A DNA stretch of 64,000 bases from Isurus oxyrinchus. Its lineage: Eukaryota. Below the pieces are notes generated by a model. The model ran no database searches, was not told where the DNA came from, and saw only the letters and a program-made list of their open reading frames with translations. Made by a program: the position numbers and the translations under genes. Positions within the stretch are counted from its first letter, which is position 1. Every line of letters begins with the position of its first letter. Positions 51,061-64,000 of this stretch are shown here, in pieces. Location of the stretch: NCBI GenBank assembly GCA_026770705.1, contig JANJGN010000035.1, forward strand, positions 8,556,001-8,620,000, given 5' to 3'.

Positions 51061-53410
51061 TACACCTTCTTCTAGCTCGATGATCGTGTCCAAATGGACA
51101 TAGCTATTAGAATATGTTTGTGGCAGGCGGTGGGGGATCCAACATGAGGTAGTCACATACTTCAACTCATCCTCACCATCCTGCATGTGGAAGATGCATC
51201 GGACCATGACAGCATTGTTAGGAGTGAATGCCACATAGTCATTCTGGTGATGAAGCCCCGCCTTCACATTGAGGTTACGCTTCATCGAGGTAGTCTGGCA
51301 CTACCACCGTGCTAATATGTATGATTTCAAACAGATTTAGCAAGTAAATGCAGGGCAGCCTTCAGCCACTATGGGCTATTAAAAGTGGCAGAATTGCACA
51401 CGAACACAACGTGTATACTCATGGTCTGGCAGATCCCCAACTTTACCAATCACATCAAGTTTTGGATCAACACTGGTTCATGGAAGAGTGCAGGAAGGCA
51501 TGCCAGGAGTAGCGCCAGCCATACCTAACAATGAGGTGTGAACGTACTGAATCTATAACAGGGGACTACTTGTGTGTCAAAGAGCACAAGCAGCAAATGA
51601 TAGGTATAGCTAAGCGATCCAACAACCAACGTATAAGATTTAAGCTCTGCAGTCCTGTCACATCCAATGACACTTAAAGAACTCACTGGAGGAGGGCCCA
51701 GATATGTCGTCATCCTGAATGATGAAGCAGCCTACCACAATAATGCAACCGATAAGAATGAAGCATTCGCTAGAACATGAAACTAGAAGGGCCGTGTGGA
51801 TGATCAATCCTGCATCCTCTGCAGGTCCCCCACATCACATATGCCAGTATTCAGCGAACTTGATTCACCCCACGTGAAGCAGGAAACAGCTGAAGGCACA
51901 GTATACTACAAGCACTGTGCGTCCTGACAAAATTCCATGAATAGTACTGAAGGTATCTGCTCCAGAAATTGCAACGCCCTAACCAAACTCTTGCAGTATA
52001 GCTACAACAAAGACAAAAAAAGTAGTTATCTTGAAAATTACTTTGGAATGTCCTGTACACAAAAAGCAGGATAAATCCAACCCGGCCAGCTGCAGTCCCA
52101 TTAGTCCTCTCTGGATTATCAGAAACACAATGGAATTGGTCCCCAACAGTGCCTCTAAGTCAGACTCGGTGCACAATAAGCTGTTCCCCGATGCCCAGTT
52201 TGGGTTATGCAACAGCCACTTACCTCCTAATCTCATTTCAAATATAGAACAACGAGCTGAACTCCCGAGGTGAGGTGAGAGTTGTAGTCCTTGACATCAG
52301 GGCAGCATTGAAGAAAAATGGCAACAAAGAGGCCGAGCTAAACTAGAGCCAATGAGAATCTTGGAGAAAACACTCCACTAGTTGGTGTCATACCTAGCAC
52401 AAAAGAAGATGGTTGTGGATGTTGCAGGAGGATCACCTTAGCGCCAGTCAACAACAGCAGGACTTTCCGAGGGTAGTGTCCTAGGTCCAAACATCTTCAG
52501 CTGCTTCATCAAAGAGCATCCTTCCATAATAATGTCAGAATTGGGGATGTTTGCTGATGATTGCACAATGTTCAGCACCATTCCCAACTATTCAGGTACT
52601 GAAGCAGTTCATATCCAAATGCGCCAAGTTCTGCACAATATCCAGGCTTTGTTTGACAAGTGGTAAGAAATATTTGCACCACACAAGGTTTGGTAATGAC
52701 GATCCCCAATTGCATAAAATCCAATATCGCCCCTTGATGTTCAATTACACTAACATCACTATGGTCATCCTGAGAGCTATAATTGGCCAGAAACTTAATT
52801 CTCATAACCATAGAAATATGAGAGCTACAGGAGCAGTTCAGAGGCGACAAATCGTGCATCGTGTAACTCACCTCCTGACTCCCCAAAGACTGTGGGCCAT
52901 CCAGAAGTTTCAGATCAGGTGTGTGATGGAATAATCCCCACTTGCCTGGATGAGTGGAGCTCCCACAACATATAAGAAGTTTGGGACCATGCAGGACAAA
53001 ACAACCTGCTTGTTTGGCACCACAGCACAACAATTAGCGCCCTACAGATCCGGCGCACCAACGCAGCAGTGTGTACCAACTACAAGAAATTCACCGAGGC
53101 TACTTCGAGAGCACCTTTCAAATCCATGACATCAGCCCTTCAGAAGGACAGAAAACAGACAGGCAGTAACTGTATGTGGAAACATTACCTCGATAGTCCC
53201 CTCCAAGTAGTTCACCATTCCGAATTTGAAATATATATCCCTGTTCCTTCAATGTCTTCTTAACAACACTATGGAACTCCCTTCTTAACAGCACTATGGA
53301 CGACAGCGTTTCAAGAGGGAGTTCACCATCCCCTTGTCAAGGGCTGGTCGGGATGTGCAATAAAAATTCTGGCCTAGTCAGTGAAGCCTACATCTAGTGG
53401 ACGAATAAAG
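51060..53410 (+). mobile_element. CR1-group LINE family B, near-complete ORF2 and 3' tail
   Basis: CPVHKKQDKSNPASCSPIS; EGSVLGPNIFSCFIKE..SIIMSELGMFADDCTMF; tail ggatgtgcaataaaaattctggcctag. Confidence 0.9.
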
Positions 53411-55960
53411 CAAAGAAACACTGCCACCCTCACTGTTTACAACACTCTCAAACGTCACAGGATGCCGAAATGTTGAACTTTCCCCCTGCAGATCAAGGTC
53501 TGGATTATAAATATATATCAGGTAAAGCACGGGTACCAATACCCTCCCCTGGGGCAGTGAACTATAATATTTCCTCCAGCCAGAGAAAGAGCAGTTGGCC
53601 ATTGCTCTCTGCATGCTATATATAGCGCAATTTTTTTCAAGATTGTTTCAAGAATAACAATTTTGCATACGCTCTGGCGTGAAACTCTATCAAACACCTT
53701 TAAGAATTCCTTGTACACCACCTCAGCAGCATGACCCGTCGAATTTTTCAGTTCCCTCTTCATAAAACAGCAGCATGTTTGTTAAACACTATTCCCTCTT
53801 GATTAATCCATGCAGCCTCTTTTTTCTGAAACCCATATTTTTCCCATTCTGTCCCGAATAATTACTCCAAGAATGTTGCCCACCCCTGAAGATAAATTCA
53901 TTGGCCTGTTATTTCAGTACTTATCCCTCCAACATTTTTGAACAAGGGGTAATTGTTGCAATTCTCCAGCCCTGTGGCACCCACAGTGAATGGTTATGGT
54001 CATTGCCCATAAAATTTCCACTCCCACTTCCCTCTCTATCGTTGTCCCAATCTCAATCAGTCCGTTGCCTTGTCAGTCTTTTCAACACTTCCTCCTTATC
54101 AATTCTGAACTCTTATATTGCCAGAACTTCCTCGCCTGTTACCGTGGCTTGGGTAGCATCAAAATTATTGGTAAGGGAAGATGAAGAGAACTTTTTTTGA
54201 TACCGCAGCCATGTCTCCTTCTTCCATGTGCAACTTGCCTTTTAAATCCTGATCGGCGCCTTTCCTTTTACCACGGTATTACTATTTTTGTTGCTCCAGA
54301 TTTTTTTTGGATTCCCCGTCATGTTGGCTGCCAATCATTTCTCCTAATTCCCCGTCACTTTTCCAATCTGGGTTTTCATGACGGCTCTTAAGGTTCTGTG
54401 TTCTCTTTAGTTCTGAATTATATTTTGTATCTGACACCTGTCTTAAGTGCACATTTACTTCTTTATCATAAATTCCATCTCCTTTTTCATTCATGAAGCC
54501 CTGTATTGTTTTCCGTTACGTTTTCGATTGAATATACCTTCCCTGCGCCCAAACCAATTCTTTTTTGAAGCTATCTCATTGTTCAGAGACAGATCTTTGC
54601 TTCAACATTTCCTTTCAGTTTATCTGGATCACTTTGTTGTTGCCCCATCGATGTCGGCTCTCGTCCACTTAATTTTTTGGACGCAGGATGGCCTACCGTC
54701 CATTTTTATCATAATCTAAAAACATACAATACAAAGATAATATTTTCCTAAATGTTGCCCCACTTACACTTCATCTACTTTGCCCATCACATTGCTTAGA
54801 ACCAGGTCCAGTTCTTATATTGTTGTAATGAACACGTTACTCGTGTATATAATTCTGCTGAGCACAAACTATGAGCTTTTGCCCGACTCTTCAGTTTGCA
54901 CGACCCAAGTCTATATTATAACTAACCCATGATGTTTGTATCTCTTTGTAATTTTCCTGCAGACGTGTGCTTCTATGTCCTTCTCACTATTTGGCGGCCT
55001 TTTGACTACACCGGGCGATGTTTTTCATACATTTTGCCCCTTAACACCAGCCAAATTATTTTATCCTTGAACCTTCCGGAATAGCCTTGTTCCTCAGCAC
55101 TGCAAAGCTGTCGTTAAGCAGCACTGCCACTTCTCCCCCTATCTTCCTTCATTCCCTGTCTTCTCTGCACACATTGTAAACACGAATATTCAAAACGCAG
55201 TTCTGCCCTACCTTGATCCAGGTCTCTGTTAACGCCACAAACACATATTTACATATGACAACCCGTGCCTGTAACTCCCCAAACTTAATTAGTATACTCG
55301 GTGCACTCAAATGCATGCACATAAACCAAGTTATATATATATATTATTTTACTCTTTCCCTTACCCCGGCGTTATTATAAATATACTACTCTCCATATTA
55401 GTGCAATCTGTCCCGCCCAGTTTTTTTCTGCACCCTGGTATTCCTCTCTAATGTTACCGCTTCTCCCAACACCCCTACTGTGTTATTTTAAAACCTCCTA
55501 ACAGCACTAGCGAAAGGACCCGGAAGGAACTCCGCCCCAAACTGTTTAGATGCAAACATTCCGACTTGTATAGGTGCCATCTCCTCCATGGCCATTCTCA
55601 GTGTTCCAGAAATCTAAACCCCTTCATGCTTAACAAACTTTCCAGCCACTCATTCATTTGTCGCATCCTCTGAATACTGTACTCACTGTCATGTGGCAGT
55701 GGCAGTAATGTGGTGATTAGTACTTTTGGTGTTCTGCATGAGAAATGTCTTCCTGGCACCGTACGATATGAATGCAGGAACAAATCCCTCTTCCTAAGTA
55801 AGTAAGTGGTTCCATTGTAGACTATGACATAGGCTGAAAACCCTCCGCCCAAATATTGCCGTGCAGCCGCTCCATGGAATTCAATACCTTGGCAGCAGAG
55901 AGGCAACACTATACCTTGGAATCGCGTTCACAGCCAGAGAAACACCTTACGATATGCCCG
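53410..55960 (-). mobile_element. CR1 LINE (family A) ORF1/ORF2 fragment
   Basis: Minus-strand VVYKEFLKVFDRV, LPQGRVLVPVLYLIYI, and ORF1 LLPLPHDSEYSIQRMRQMNEWLESLLSMKGFRFLEH. Confidence 0.85.
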
Positions 55961-56229
55961 TGAAAACATGTTGGGCTTTATGATTAAGCTGTCTACTATT
56001 TTTCCCATTACATTGTGGGGCAGAACTTATATATATTGCTTTATTTATTTTGTTCCCTTTTGCTAACCCTTTTAATAAAATTAAAGTACATTTCAATCTT
56101 ATTGTTTTATCACTCCATCATTGTGGGAATTTGCAAAGCACATTTTCTCTGTGCAGTAAAGTTAAGGTATAAAGCAAAATAACATATTTACTGAGAATTA
56201 GGCGTTTATAGCTTTCCAGGCGTGTCCTG

Positions 56230-56560
56230 GCATCTATTGAGCTTGATGATCTTCTTCTATCACTGCTTGCTTGTCTTTACAACCACCCCCCCTCCACTTC
56301 TCTGCCCCCTCCCAACGCACAACGCCTCCCCCTCCACACCGCCCACACATAAACGCACACACACACACACACACCTTAAACCAGTTTATATTTCACTCCT
56401 TTCCTATTTCTACTTTGTTCTGTCGAAGGGTCATGAGGACTCGAAACATCAAATCTTTTCTTCTCCACCGATGCTGCCAGACCTGCTGAGTTTTTCCATG
56501 CAATTCGTTTTTTGTTTTGGATTTCCAGCATCCGCAGTTTTTTTTTTTTGTTTTATATCG
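56230..56560 (+). mobile_element. Penelope-type terminal repeat with hammerhead-like core
   Basis: Matches 18050-18150; contains CTGTCGA-A-GGGTC-ATGAG-GACTC-GAAAC at 56420-56447. Confidence 0.8.
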
Positions 56561-59500
56561 ATTGAGATGCGTTTTCCACTTAAATCAATGCACAGCATAT
56601 TTTCATAATCTCACAGTTTTGTCATAATTTCGCTGCCGGAAGCAACTGTTGAATAAGAACCAGAAAGCTCGATGAGATTTTACTGCTGCATTTTCATCAA
56701 ATAAATATATATATTTTTTAATTGGTGTGCCTCAGGGCAAAGACAATAGGTATCATGTACCACAGTTTCCCAAGTGATATAATCAGAAGTTTGATATTCT
56801 GATATAATTTAATAAATAACAACTCACGTCCCGTCACAACACTTTGCAAGGGAAGTGCCCATGCACTCAATGACGACCTAGTTTTTCAGGAACGTTTTTA
56901 AATAAGGCAAAATTGCAATTAGGCGCCAAGCCAAAGATTACTTTGTGAAGCCTGGTCTAAGATGGCAATTGTGTAATCGACTCAGTAATTACATTTGCAA
57001 TCATCATATAATATAAGATATTATTTATCCAGTCCATAATGGAAGGCCGCTTTCGTAACTGAAAGCCTCTTGAAACTTTTCTTAAGTATTTTTTCGTTTG
57101 TTATCACCCGACACATGGTTCCTCGCTTAATCATTTACACCTGAGCACGTTCACTAGAGTTCAACCTTTTCATTTTTCCTTACTTGTCTCTTGCTTTATT
57201 CACATCCAATGTAACCCTCTTTAAGTTATTTCGTTGGCAGCTGACCTCTCGCCAAATCAAGCTGTACTTCGTTATTTGTAAGGTGTGTCTTCTCCAAATA
57301 ACAATCTTTGTTTATTACATTGATCTTTTTTAGCCTGTAGCTCCAGCCCGCAGCTCCCAATTCAATTCGTTGACAATGCTATCAACCTGACCTTTGTTAG
57401 CTACTGAAACACACGTACAGACAAATCTTTGAGTTTCAAAAAAAGTATTATGAATTTACAAATGCCTTCTGCTTTTCACTAGATACAGTGAAATTTACTG
57501 GGAAATCTCGTAAGAATTATTAAAAAAAAATCAAATGCACAAGTGTCAGAACGTGGATTAGAAATTGCACAAAAATAGAACAAAGATTATTAGGATTAGG
57601 GAAGAGATTGCTAAACCTCTGCGTGACTTTGGATCACGCGGCCAATCATTAAAAGAACATCTGGCAGGATATAATGTTATAAAATAAAGAAAAATGTTTT
57701 TTTATCTCTCGTTCTGGGACAGAAATAGAGGGAGCCATAAAGATATCCAATTTGTTTCTATCCCATATGCGATCCACCAACGATTAGAATCACTGAATTT
57801 GTTTTTGGCTAAGGGTCCATCTAATTCTCCTTGAAATCCTCATGACCGTGGACTCCTTTGGTCAAGCTTCAGACTTCACTGTGTCCTTCCTCAGCGAAAG
57901 AACAATCTGGAACACCCTTGATCTAAATGTCCTTCATGTTAGCTGTTCTCTGAATGAATTAAATTCCTTTCGCAAATTAGGCGGTTATTGGGTAGTCCAT
58001 CAATCTCTGTTGTGCCCTCCTTACATTTTGCTACCGTCCTAATTTTGGAACAATTGACCAGTTTTGAAATGATGTTCTGTGATCCAAGATGCAACTTTTT
58101 CATATATGGTGTGAGGAGCATAAGCCATAGCACTGATCCAGTAGTAGTACACAATCTACAATCTTCCAACCTAAGTATTAACCTAAATCAAACGCTCTCC
58201 TTTCTCTCCTTCAACCCTCTTTTTTTATCGTGCTGGTCATTGACTATAAGGCTCCTGCTCGGGCCTCTGGCGGGAATGGTGCCCTTCATCATCATTGGGT
58301 TGGGCTGTCGGCTGTAGGGCCAGGTCGGAGCTCTTGTAGTGATGACGGATTTGTTTTCGGGGCGGCATGTGATAAAGGGATTCAGCTGAAGGAGGTGTGC
58401 TACTAGTTTACTTTCTTGTCATAAATTCAATGCAAATATTCAATTAACAGTATTAGCTGCACGCATCCATTTGCAATGCCACATTGTCTCTTTTAACAAT
58501 TTGAAGAAATGCATTTCCCAATGTTAACTTTTTTCGATTCTAGCTATTTCTTTTATCTTGCCACATCCATTATTCTTCTGACACAATTCAATTATTTCAT
58601 TTTTTCCCGTTTGTTCCATATTGAGATTTTCATTGTTTTTGGTCGAATTTGGCAACAGAACGTGGCATTTTCATTTACCATACAGCATCCCTCAAAATAC
58701 TCTCTAACCAGCAGCAGCTCCTACCCTGGCCTCTCGAGTGATACCGCAAACCCACGCTGTCTGCTTCCCCAGGCCTCAAATACCTGCGAAATCAATGAAA
58801 AACAATACTTAGAGTTTTTTGTTCCCCTTGACAGGTTTCACTAATGTCCTCGGTATTACTTGCAGCCCCTGCCTATCCTCTCCAGTTTCTCGGACAGCAA
58901 ATGCCAGGGAGGTGCTGGCCATTCAGATTGTACGGCAGATGCCTGAGGTGGGACCTCCTCCCTATCATGAGCGCAAGTCATAATGCATCAAATAAGTTTT
59001 GATGAAGCATTAAATATCTGATGGGCAGGTAACACGCCCGGGAAGTGTTCGCTACCATGTCTCCAGATTGCGGAAATGTAATGGTCCATGATTCTACAGA
59101 ATTTTAACATAATCAGTTTTCATTCATTCTTCTGTTCCAATTTTCTGCCAGAAGACACGTCATTTGAATTATTTGCCTCATCATGCATAAGACCACTGAT
59201 AATTGTGAAGTGAGACGGCAGGCATCGAGACATGGTCAGTTGGAAGAGGTTCAGAAACACATTGCTGTTGGCATTAATCTGATAAACTCAATAGTGTTCA
59301 ACCCAGCTGAGAGACTCCGCAGCCCCACACCACATCCGTTCCTCATCCACCCAACACTTTTTTTTTACACGCATGCACACACAATATCTGTTTTAATTAC
59401 TTTTGTCAGATGCAAATGTATTTGTGTTCCCTCATTCTTTCCTTTCAAACTTATTTTTTTTCATCTTGGCTGTAGGCGAACTCTCTGTTCTCCCTGCTTA

Positions 59501-59639
59501 ACCATCTCACTTCATATTTTTCCACTTTCATTTCAACTTGTCACTTAACTGCTCAATCTGTGTGCTTTCTAATGAAAGTTTAAATCAAATTGAGACATCA
59601 TCATTAGTTACAGTATACCCAATTCTGTCATTTGCATCC

Positions 59640-59990
59640 TTTGAAATTAGTTTAAGCAACTTGTAATATAAATTCGATGCAAATTTTGACCGTACGGCTT
59701 ATCAGGAATCTACCTACTTCAAACATAAATATTAGGACACTCCCCCAGCCACATTTGAGCAAGGGAACTCCAAAGTCTTACAATCGTTGGAAAGATTTTT
59801 TATAAAAACTCTTTTTCTCTGTCTTAAATTAGCGATCGCTTATTTTTAAGCAATAGCCTCGAGTTCCGGATTTCCCATAAGAAACATGCCTTCGACACCC
59901 TGTTAAATTCCGCTCAACATTGTAATTGTTTCAATCAAGTCGTCTCTTATTCTTCTGAACTTCCCAGATAAAAGTATAGCGAGTCCTGAG
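59640..59990 (-). mobile_element. CR1 LINE 3' fragment, degenerate
   Basis: gggaactccaaagtcttacaatcgttgg and ttcaatcaagtcgtctcttattcttctgaac match the reverse complement of the CR1 ORF2 end. Confidence 0.6.
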
Positions 59991-60679
59991 AAATATACAG
60001 TGATGAGCGAAGTCAATGGCGCAAATATTTCTGAGACAATTAATTACTCCATGACATCTGCTTAGTACCATAAATCCTATTGCACCTTGTCGCACATGAA
60101 TCAGTCAACTTATATTTGCATGATTTATTTTCTCTGTTAAAGGACACTGCTTTACTGCATTTCTTTAAACATAATCAATGAACTTCTGCATGACCTTGAT
60201 GACGTGTGTTTACTGAATGGACCCAATTACAGGTTATAATCGTTTATTCGAGCAATTGCAAGGAGGACACTATCACAATAAAGCTTGAGACAGTACTCTG
60301 CTAAACTGCAAGTATTCAGCGTATTTCTATATTATTTGTCACGTACAAAACAATTTCCAGATTCAGATCTCATCAGCATATAGGTTCACATTTCAAGACA
60401 TCTCTGGTAACGAATACTTCCCTTTATGTTTTCACGCAGGTAGAGACCATATAATCTGTTCTTCCCCTATCTGTTGAAGAGCAAACTAAACCTGAGGTGT
60501 TATTGCCATCCCCTGACATCAGTCCGGCTCCAATGCCTTCCTGTTGCCTGCAGGCCATGAAGGCTGTGCAAGCTTAATCTGCTAACCTTTAACTGCCAAT
60601 GTGCAAAGGGATTTTAAGAAATTATTTAATTTTCAGTATGCCATTACTCTACCCCTATGTTTTCCCTAATAATTACTGT

Positions 60680-61200
60680 ATCCCTTTATTTTTAACCCGT
60701 ACTGCGGTCCCCTCCCTAGCCTGATCGCATTGTGCTTATGAACTGAGATGCTTCAGCTGGCACATTGGAGCCGTATACAGCGCTCAGATATGGGTTGACC
60801 ACTACTGTGGTGGGAGAATTGTGGATGTGTACAAGCCTGCAGGTACCAGCTCGTGGTGTACATTATGATGCAAAACTTCTGTGTAGCGAATACCAAACCA
60901 TTTGTCATTCTTGGATGCATAGCCCCACAAGATGGACCAGTCGGTTTCGTTTGAGATGTTTCAATCTTCTCTAGTCAGACTGTGGAAGTAGATGCCAGTG
61001 GAGGCTGGGTAGTGTTAGACGTCCAATGCCGGATATGAAGCAAATCCTTACTACAATTCGAGACCACTGTTTTATTTATTATTCCTCGTTGTGGGTTGCA
61101 TTCGGCATGCTGCAACAAAGTATTCTCCTGTGTTGCGGGATGAGCAGTGATGATCCCCAGCCTTGTTGGCTGTACTGATATGCCCACGACCAGAATCATA
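60680..61200 (-). mobile_element. Probable Ingi/Vingi-clade LINE RT fragment, degenerate
   Basis: Minus-strand KPTGPSCGAMHPRMTNGLVFATQKFC aligns by eye to the Vingi-type KLAGTSWGA..TLR...LVFSTAEYC motif; an upstream ..RHW..N..FH segment is also compatible. Confidence 0.45.
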
Positions 61201-62827
61201 GATCTGTGGAGAAATTCACATCGGCTCCCGTTCACTGTGCCAACGCTTGGTCAATTCTCATGCATCTTTTAGTGTGTGTAATGCCTCCAATTATTGCCTC
61301 TTTTCATGTCTACAAGTGTGTATATTATTCCCCTATCATGTTTACCTCATATGGCCCATGCCTGTTTGTTCCGGGCTCACTTTATCCATCACCTTATTCC
61401 CCACTTGCGGAAGTGGAGTGGGGGGTAGTGGTGGGGGCGGGTGTCCTATGTTGCTCTTTGGATTTGCCTCTTTCCATATCGTTAATCACCTGTCGGTCTC
61501 TGGCTTTCTTCCTTACCTCATGCAATTATTTTCTTATTTCCCTCACAAATCCTCACTTCCTTCATTTTAGTGGCCCTACGTCTACCACTCCTACGCTGAT
61601 TCCCTGAGGTAACCACGTTGCTCTTCTTGTAATTTCATTTGGGAGAACCTGGCATTGCTGCCTGAGGTAGCCTGAAGGCACAATAGAATATTTTATTGTC
61701 TCAAAAGTGACACACAAAATTGTGGCTGAACCGTTTCATTTAGATTTATCCAAGCTTCAGTAACTCAGCCAAAAGCTGGATTTCTGCCAAACACTGTATA
61801 GGTCCTGAGCTTAACTTCATATTTTGGGAACAGACTTACAAACACAATATGTTGTAGCATTTCAATTACTGCCAATGGATGTCAAACTTTTTAAAATGAA
61901 AATTCCCTTTTGGGAAATTGTCAGGGACCAAATACCAAATTTTAAACTTAGTAAGAATTTTAATTTACTCTATCAAACTTAAAACTACCGCTTTCTTATA
62001 TGTGTTGATTTGTTTCGAAGTTTTAGTTCCGAGATGTTTATTGACATGTTCTTTACAATGCATTGCATCCTCCTCATTCGAAGTAACGTCTTAAATTATA
62101 CTGAACTCTACATCTCAAGATTGTACCAAATTCAAATAACAGTGCTGTTGAGAGGCAGATTTCCTTTCATATTTAATTAATCTTTTCACAAAAATCCCGT
62201 TAATCCTTTGGAATGAGATAGAGCATGTGTTTATGCTTTTGAGTTTTCCTAGAATTCCTTTGAGCATCGGATACTTTACCCCCCCCAGAATTTTAGAATA
62301 CCAACTCCTATGAATTAATGCAACTTGTATGTATTAATCCCCATCAGCTTAGAAGCTGGTGATGCTAATCTGCAAAGGCGGTGGTAAATAGAATGCTTCA
62401 TCTAACCCTGTCTAGCTTCATGATAACTTCAAATAGCGACCCTTTTTGCCAGCAATCTCAACTCAAAATTTTTGCCCAAAACTTTAGAATGTCTTAGTAT
62501 ACCTTGCCTTTAACATAACATGGGGCTTGAAACCCTATAATGATGAACTGCACACACAAATAGCAATTTGCAGTAGAAAACACATTCAAGTTCACATACA
62601 AATGTTTCCAACATACAGGCAAACGCATATTTAGAGGTAAGAATTTATATTCCTGTATCCTTAACATAACAAATTAAAATTCTCATATTCGAATCGAAAC
62701 TTCAAACAGCAGTGCGGGAAATAAAGGGATCTTGAAGGGTGCACCAAAAGTGACAATCAAACTGGCGAAAGCTCACATTTCCACAGCTGCTTCCTCTTAG
62801 TGCTTATTTACTCCCTAGAGGTAGTCC

Positions 62828-62830
<3 letters not shown>

Positions 62831-62876
<46 letters not shown>
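62831..62876. repeat. (TC)n microsatellite
   Basis: About 22 uninterrupted TC units. Confidence 0.95.
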
Positions 62877-62880
<4 letters not shown>

Positions 62881-62939
62881 CCTACCCACCCCTTCTGTGC
62901 AGCGTATTTTGTAACTTATTTAAATTAATCTTTTTTAGT

Positions 62940-64000
62940 TATAGATCTTTATTAGCGGAGCATTCGGGTCCCAATGATCCTTCAAATTTTTCAGGAAAAT
63001 CTCATCATCCTGCATTATACACCTCCAATTCATGTCTCCCTCCTCCAAGGCTTCCTTGACTGCCATTTCAAACTCCCTGTGCAGTGCTCTCGTCTTCTGT
63101 CGATCTGGGACGTCCCCATGTTTTGCCCTGTCTCCGTTACTAAGCTTTAATGGTAACATTCCCCAAATATCAGCTTGGCACTTCGCCTTCACCAGTGTGT
63201 GGGTATCAAGGTGGTGAAACGCATGGAAATCATGCATTACCCGTAGTATGTTCCAAGAATCTGCGTTGCTCTGCCGAGTTCTACGTCTCAGCATTTTTTA
63301 AGCAAAACCTGCTTCTCCCACGGTCTGAATGGAAGGTGACGAACTTTCTCTGTAATTTCCTCATCCTCTTCGCTTTCCCTAGCCCCCTTTCTCCATTCGG
63401 ATTTCAGTTTGCCTCCCCAGACTGTACATTTCCTAACAGTTACTGCCTTATGCACCATGGGTTACCATGGCTGTCGCTACTGGCTCAGTCTGTTCTGATG
63501 TGACCTAGTCTCTGTTTCTCCAATCCACTGGAATTTATTTAGCTGGCTGAACAACCGTAGGTACAATAGGATAATGACCATTAACCCTTTCTTTTCCTTA
63601 TCCTTTTTCTGTTCTATCCACCATTGTTTTTGTTCCCCAGCAGTCCCCAGTCTGTCCTTCCCCCAAACCCCCCACACCTCCTGCTGCATTTTTTATAATT
63701 GGCTTTGGCTGATGTTTCTCAATATACCTCGTAATGGAGTCTGCAGTTCCTCTGTCGAGTTCCATGGCATAATGCTCTTTCGCTGATGGCATTCCGTTTT
63801 TATACCCGTCTATCTCTGTGCGGCATGTTTGCACGGTCCTATCAAGTTACTTACTTGAGGTGTGTGGTTTTCGCATATGTGCTGGGGTTGGCCTCCCTGT
63901 GCGGCCTCGGCTCAGGTTATCTCTCAAACTGCCAGCACGACTCCATCCTCCAGTTAGTTGGACCCGGCCTCCCTGTGTGGTTTTGGCTAAGGTGAGGTTA
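62940..64000 (-). mobile_element. Endogenous retrovirus-like gag remnant with leader; element continues beyond window
   Basis: GCCATGG start at ~63765 (MELDRGTADSITRYIEKHQPK). Later EEITEKVRHLPFRPWEKQVLLK, then after a frameshift WNILRVMHDFHAFHHLDTHTLVKAKCQADIWGMLP...AVKEALEEGDMNWRCIMQ. This resembles the capsid PF.P.. start and the D/NW..I...Q pre-MHR segment of gamma/epsilon-like Gag. Stops and frameshifts present. Confidence 0.55.

Noticed and set aside
1-64000. Prokaryote-style systems (CRISPR arrays, operons, tRNA/rRNA genes) and the many short ORFs in the track
   Set aside because: The sequence is intron- and retroelement-rich vertebrate DNA. I saw no regularly spaced repeat-spacer array or intact structural RNA gene. 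Most short ORFs are TE fragments or chance frames.

Overview
Vertebrate, almost certainly cartilaginous-fish (shark-type), genomic DNA. Most of the window is decayed retroelements: two distinct CR1-group LINE families, Penelope-like elements with hammerhead-like termini, tRNA-type SINEs that share a 3' tail with one of the LINEs, a probable Vingi LINE, and Harbinger-like remnants. The one host gene is a multi-exon, plus-strand dynamin-superfamily (EHD/sarcalumenin-like) P-loop GTPase with a hydrophobic C-terminus, spanning 3916-31759. I reconstructed 8 exons by eye, and the ORF track shows most of them only in part or not at all. The 5' exons, including Walker A, appear to lie upstream of the window. 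The copy looks disabled: a GT>TT donor, an in-frame TGA at a Cys-equivalent position, two single-base frameshifts, and one or two exons I could not find. The last ~1 kb is a minus-strand retroviral gag-like remnant that runs off the window end. All family assignments come from motif recognition and recalled sequences, not database searches. Repeat boundaries are approximate. I did not find a clearly new biological system; the best leads are the decayed uncharacterised GTPase and the ERV-like gag.
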